A stretch of DNA of 64,000 bases from Gemmatimonadota bacterium (GTDB lineage: Bacteria; Gemmatimonadota; Gemmatimonadetes; Gemmatimonadales; GWC2-71-9). The notes under the pieces were generated by a model. That model saw nothing but the letters and a program-made list of their open reading frames with translations. It was not told the origin of the DNA and did no database searches. The stretch lies in the NCBI GenBank assembly GCA_039591655.1, contig JBDHDE010000002.1, positions 49,078 through 113,077 of the forward strand, in the 5' to 3' direction. How positions within the stretch are numbered: position 1 is the stretch's first letter; every line of letters begins with the position of its first letter. Shown here piece by piece: positions 59,955 to 64,000 of the stretch. The position numbers and the translations under genes were made by a program.

Positions 59955-61844
59955 ATGATCGACCGCAAGAAGACTTCCTCGCCGGACGCCCGCTCCGTGG
60001 CGGCGCGCGAGGTACGGGACTCCGTCGTCGTCCGGTTCGCCGGCGACTCTGGCGACGGTATGCAGTTCACCGGCTCCCAGTTCACCCTGGAGGCCGCCCT
60101 CGCCGGCCGGGACATCGCGACTTTCCCCGACTATCCGGCGGAGATCCGCGCACCCGCCGGCACCACGTTCGGCGTCTCGGCCTTCCAGATCCACTTCGGC
60201 TCCGTCGATATCACAACCGCAGGCGACGAGCCGGATGTGTTGGTCGCACTCAACCCGGCCGCGCTGCAGGTCAATTACCGTGACCTCCGCGTGGGCGGGC
60301 TCGTGGTGGTGGACACGGGGGCCTTTACCAAGCGGAACCTGAGCAAAGCCGGGTACGAGACGAGCCCACTCGACGACGACACTCTCGCGCCATTTCAGGT
60401 CCTCAAGCTGGACATCTCGCAGCGCACGCTCGATGCAGTGGATGACCTGGGGCTCACCCAGAAGCAGGCCCTCCGCTCCCGCAACATGTGGACGCTGGGC
60501 CTCATGCTCTGGATGTTCGGCCAGGATCACGAGGCCACGGCGGAGTGGATCCGCAAGAAGTTCGCGAAGCAGCCCAACATTGCCGAGGCCAACGTAAAGG
60601 CACTGCTCGCCGGGCACGCCTTTGGAGAGACAGCGGAAATGCCCAGCGACGTGGTGGGGTACACCGTCGCCAGAGCGGACGTGCTGCCGGGAGTCTACCG
60701 CACGGTGACGGGCTCCGAGACCACAGCGTGGGGGCTGCTGGCAGGGGCTCAGGCTGCAGGCTTGGGCAAGCTGGTCTTCGGCTCGTACCCCATCACCCCG
60801 GCCACCACGCTGCTCCACGTGTTGGCCAACCTCAAGCCGTACGGTGTGGTCACATTCCAGGCGGAGGACGAGATCGCGGCGATCTGCGCCGCCATCGGGG
60901 CCTCGTACGCAGGGGCCCTCGGAGTGACGTCCAGCTCCGGCCCGGGCATGGCCCTCAAGACCGAAGCGCTGGGGCTCGCAATTGGGACGGAGCTCCCGCT
61001 GGTGGTCGTCAACAGCCAACGCGCCGGCCCCTCCACGGGGATGCCGACCAAGGCAGAGCAGTCCGATCTGTTCCAGGCGGTGTACGGCCGCAACGGCGAT
61101 GCGCCCCTACCGGTCGTCGCCGCCGCCACTCCGGCAGACTGCTTCGACGTGGCGATCGAGGCGGTCCGCCTTGCCACCAAGTACATGACGCCGGTCATCA
61201 TGCTGTCCGACGGTTACCTGGCGAATGCAGCGGAGCCCTGGCTGCTACCGCATCCGGATGCGCTGCCGCGGTTTCCCGCCACGTTCCGCACCGATCCGGC
61301 GGGATTCCAGCCCTTCGCGCGAGACGCCGAAACGCTGGCCCGCTCCTGGGCCGTGCCGGGCACGCCGGGGCTGCAGCACCGCCTCGGCGGTATCGAGCGG
61401 GATTACGACAGCGGCCACATCTCCTACGATCCGGACAATCACCAGCGGATGACCGACGTGCGGGCCGCCAAGATCGCCGGGATCGCGGACGACATCCCGC
61501 CGCCTCAGGAAGTGCAACTGGGCAAAGCACGGGGGAAGCTCGCCGTCGTGGGATGGGGCTCGACCTTCGGCCCGATCTACCAGGGGGTAAAGCGTCTCCG
61601 GGAGCTGGGGCTGGACGTGTCCCACATTCACGTCCGGCACCTCAACCCGTTTCCCAAGAACCTGGGAGACGTGCTGCGCGGATTCAGCTACGTCCTCGTG
61701 CCGGAGATGAACAGCGGGCAGCTCGTGACCATACTGCGCAGCACGTACTTATTGCCTGCCGAGGGGCTCAACAAAGTAACCGGCAAGCCCTTCAAGGTGG
61801 CCGAGATCGAGAACGCGGTGCGTGCCAGAATCGTGGAGCCGTGA
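59955..61844 (+). CDS. korA: 2-oxoacid:acceptor oxidoreductase alpha subunit
   Basis: FAGDSGDGMQ, YPAEIRAP, YPITP, QAEDEIA, QRAGPSTGMPT. Confidence 0.93.
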   Translation: MIDRKKTSSPDARSVAAREVRDSVVVRFAGDSGDGMQFTGSQFTLEAALAGRDIATFPDYPAEIRAPAGTTFGVSAFQIHFGSVDITTAGDEPDVLVALNPAALQVNYRDLRVGGLVVVDTGAFTKRNLSKAGYETSPLDDDTLAPFQVLKLDISQRTLDAVDDLGLTQKQALRSRNMWTLGLMLWMFGQDHEATAEWIRKKFAKQPNIAEANVKALLAGHAFGETAEMPSDVVGYTVARADVLPGVYRTVTGSETTAWGLLAGAQAAGLGKLVFGSYPITPATTLLHVLANLKPYGVVTFQAEDEIAAICAAIGASYAGALGVTSSSGPGMALKTEALGLAIGTELPLVVVNSQRAGPSTGMPTKAEQSDLFQAVYGRNGDAPLPVVAAATPADCFDVAIEAVRLATKYMTPVIMLSDGYLANAAEPWLLPHPDALPRFPATFRTDPAGFQPFARDAETLARSWAVPGTPGLQHRLGGIERDYDSGHISYDPDNHQRMTDVRAAKIAGIADDIPPPQEVQLGKARGKLAVVGWGSTFGPIYQGVKRLRELGLDVSHIHVRHLNPFPKNLGDVLRGFSYVLVPEMNSGQLVTILRSTYLLPAEGLNKVTGKPFKVAEIENAVRARIVEP

Positions 61845-61845
61845 G

Positions 61846-62856
61846 ATGACCGTTACTCCCAAGGAGTTCGCCTCCGATCAGGAGGTGCGCTGGTGCCCCG
61901 GCTGCGGGGACTACGCCATCCTCAAGGCCGTGAAGAAGACCCTTGCCGACCTCGAGGCGCGTCCCGAGCAAACCGTGTTCGTATCGGGGATCGGGTGCGC
62001 CGCTCGGTTCCCGTATTACCTCTCGACCTACGGCTTCCATACGATCCACGGCCGGGCGCCGGCCATCGCCACCGGAGTCAAACTGGCCAACCCAGAGCTG
62101 GACGTATGGGTGATCACCGGCGACGGCGACGGGCTTTCCATCGGCGGAAACCACATGCTTCACGTGCTGCGCCGCAACGTGGACCTGCAGATCGTGCTGT
62201 TCAACAACGAGATCTACGGACTGACCAAGGGCCAGTACTCGCCCACCTCCAAGCGCGGCACGCGCACGCCCTCCACCCCGCAAGGATCCGTGGAGCTCCC
62301 AGTGTCACCGTGCGCGCTGGCACTGGGGGCCAGCGCCCGCTTCGTGGCCCGCAGCGTGGACACACAGCAGCCGCACCTCGTGGAGGTGCTCAAGCGAGCC
62401 CACGGGCATCGCGGCGCGTCGTTCGTGGAGATCTTTCAGAACTGCATCGTATTCAACGACGCCACCCACGGCGCGTTCACAGAGAAGGGCGTAGCCGATG
62501 ACATGCAGCTGCGGGTGGAGCACGGCCGGCCGCTGCTGTTCGGGAAGGAGCGGCGCAAAGGCCTGCGACTCAAGCCCGGGAGCCTCGAAGTGGAGGTAGT
62601 GACGCTGGGCGAGTGCGGCGTCAAGGAAGAGGACGTCCTGGTGCACGACGAGACGAACCGCTCACTGGCCTCGCTACTCATTTCCCTCCAGCCGCCGGCG
62701 TTCCCGGTGGCGATCGGCGTCCTGTACTGCGACCCCGTCTCGAGCTACGGCCAGGACCTGGAGCGGCAGCTGGCGGAGGCCGGGGCCCGCCCCGCCACCG
62801 AGGCCGACCTCGACGAGATGCTGCGGGGCGGGAGGACGTGGGAGGTGGAGGGGTGA
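61846..62856 (+). CDS. korB: 2-oxoacid:ferredoxin oxidoreductase beta subunit
   Basis: WCPGCGD, SGIGC, GDGD TPP motif, YGLTKGQYSPT. Confidence 0.94.
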   Translation: MTVTPKEFASDQEVRWCPGCGDYAILKAVKKTLADLEARPEQTVFVSGIGCAARFPYYLSTYGFHTIHGRAPAIATGVKLANPELDVWVITGDGDGLSIGGNHMLHVLRRNVDLQIVLFNNEIYGLTKGQYSPTSKRGTRTPSTPQGSVELPVSPCALALGASARFVARSVDTQQPHLVEVLKRAHGHRGASFVEIFQNCIVFNDATHGAFTEKGVADDMQLRVEHGRPLLFGKERRKGLRLKPGSLEVEVVTLGECGVKEEDVLVHDETNRSLASLLISLQPPAFPVAIGVLYCDPVSSYGQDLERQLAEAGARPATEADLDEMLRGGRTWEVEG

Positions 62857-62866
62857 GAGTTCTCAG

Positions 62867-63856
62867 CTAGCCCCAGATATCGCCGACCGTGAACCCCTCG
62901 GGGAACGGATCGCTGTCGTCCACCACGTAGTCGTTGTAGCCCGTGATCCACGCGCGGCCGGTGATTGTCGGCACCACGGCGCGACGCCCGCCGACCTCGG
63001 CCTCGCGTACGAGGCGCCCCGTCCAAATCGTGCCCAGCACTCCCTCGTGGGGAAAATCCTGGTCCAATCCGAGCTCCCCCTTCGCGTGCAGCGCCGCCAT
63101 CTTGGCGCACGTCCCCGTCCCGCAGGGCGAGCGGTCCAGCGCGCCGGTCCAGGTTTCGGGGCGGTCCCAGTCCAACTCGCCGGTGGCCACCACGACCGCG
63201 TTCTTGCGCACCGCCTCGGGGTGACTCGGCGGACCCGACAGCTGCGAGATGGAAACGCCGCTGATGGCGGGGTTCTCGGGATGGACAGCAGGCAGCTGCT
63301 CAGCCGCCGCGCCCTGGAGCATCCGTCCGACGCGCGCGATCTCGCGACCCTCATCGGGGAGGAGTTGGAGACCGAACTGCGCAGCGTCCGCGATCACGTA
63401 GAACATCCCGCCCCAGGCGACGTCCACCGTCGCCCTGCCCAAATGCGGCACCTCGATGGCTGCGTCCAGGTGGACCGCAAAGGCCGGCACGTTCTCGAAC
63501 GTCACTCCGGTCACCTTGCCGCCAGCCACGTCGGCCCGCACCGGCACGAGTCCCGCCGGCGCCTCCAGCACCAGCTCGGTCCCCGGCTCCCTGACCGGGA
63601 CCATGCCCGTCTCGATCAGCACCGTGGCGACGCAGATGATGTTGCTCCCCGACATGGCGGGGTACCAGCACAGGGCCGGATAGCCCCGGGGCTCCCGCAA
63701 CATGAGCTTGCGCAGGTGATCGCCCTGGGTCTCCAGGTGGACCTTCTTGTCGAACATCGTGTCACCGGGGACGTCGAACACCCCGTCGGTGATCACCCGA
63801 CCCGGCTCGCCGCCCGCGTGGGCGTCGACGGCGGCTATCCGGCTCCCCAGTCGCAT
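62867..63856 (-). CDS. proline racemase family protein (Ser/Cys pair), apparent internal in-frame deletion
   Basis: DAHAGGEP, EPRG, MSGS, DVAWGG, DRSPCGTGT. Confidence 0.9.
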   Translation of the reverse strand: MRLGSRIAAVDAHAGGEPGRVITDGVFDVPGDTMFDKKVHLETQGDHLRKLMLREPRGYPALCWYPAMSGSNIICVATVLIETGMVPVREPGTELVLEAPAGLVPVRADVAGGKVTGVTFENVPAFAVHLDAAIEVPHLGRATVDVAWGGMFYVIADAAQFGLQLLPDEGREIARVGRMLQGAAAEQLPAVHPENPAISGVSISQLSGPPSHPEAVRKNAVVVATGELDWDRPETWTGALDRSPCGTGTCAKMAALHAKGELGLDQDFPHEGVLGTIWTGRLVREAEVGGRRAVVPTITGRAWITGYNDYVVDDSDPFPEGFTVGDIWG

Positions 63857-63863
63857 GGAGGGA

Positions 63864-63869
63864 ATTCTA
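63864..63869 (-). promoter_or_regulatory. -10 box 7 nt upstream of the ATG (leaderless-type)
   Basis: TAGAAT-tccctcc-ATG on the - strand; no SD. Confidence 0.5.
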
Positions 63870-63937
63870 CATCGGCTTCTCGATGCGCGCCCGGATGACG
63901 TAGGGGACCTCGAGCTACTCGTAGGCGATCCGCCGGC

Positions 63938-64000
63938 TCACCCCGTCGCGACAGCCAGCACCAGCCGCCGCTTCTCGGCGCGGCGCTCGAACAGGAGATA
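63938..64000 (-). CDS. C-terminal end of a CDS entering from the right edge
   Basis: Open frame YLLFERRAEKRRLVLAVATG*; only 21 codons visible. Confidence 0.4.
   Translation of the reverse strand, partial: YLLFERRAEKRRLVLAVATG

Noticed and set aside
59712..61019. 603-aa ORF suggesting a ferritin fusion
   Set aside because: The upstream part is antisense to korA; ferritin has its own SD and ATG at 59711
56157..63856. Dedicated proline-catabolism cluster (proline dehydrogenase, korAB, proline racemase family)
   Set aside because: Genes are in different orientations, separated by unrelated genes; no P5C dehydrogenase or transporter nearby
53872..64000. Genomic island integrated at tRNA-Ser
   Set aside because: No integrase, no duplicated tRNA 3' end seen, no obvious composition shift

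Overview
High-GC (roughly 70%) bacterial chromosomal window made up mostly of core genes; gene order and protein character suggest Gemmatimonadota (inference). From left to right: a UPF0182 gene running off the left edge, pmm/pgm, a complete 14-gene nuoA-N complex I operon (- strand), dcd plus membrane and secreted hypotheticals, an amidohydrolase, and a GNAT / NSAR-OSBS / M20 triad. Next is a ~21-kb co-directional (-) run: site-2 protease, scpAB, rluB, a Rossmann-fold unknown, a HEAT protein with tandem [D/E]RR repeats, moxR-DUF58-bat genes, mutL, miaA, bshA, uppP, birA, coaX, nrtS. The right part holds rpsT, pyrRBC, a 2-hydroxyacid dehydrogenase, tRNA-Ser(CGA), a K+ channel, two tandem beta-barrels, proline dehydrogenase, a form IV RuBisCO-like protein, a frameshifted and internally duplicated Spy/CpxP gene, ferritin, korAB and a proline-racemase-family gene with an apparent in-frame deletion. 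No mobile element, CRISPR array or rRNA was seen. Best novelty candidates: the Arg-repeat HEAT protein coupled to the MoxR/Bat operon (possible c-di-GMP input), the orphan KDDH-type RLP, and the uncharacterised 544-aa Rossmann protein.
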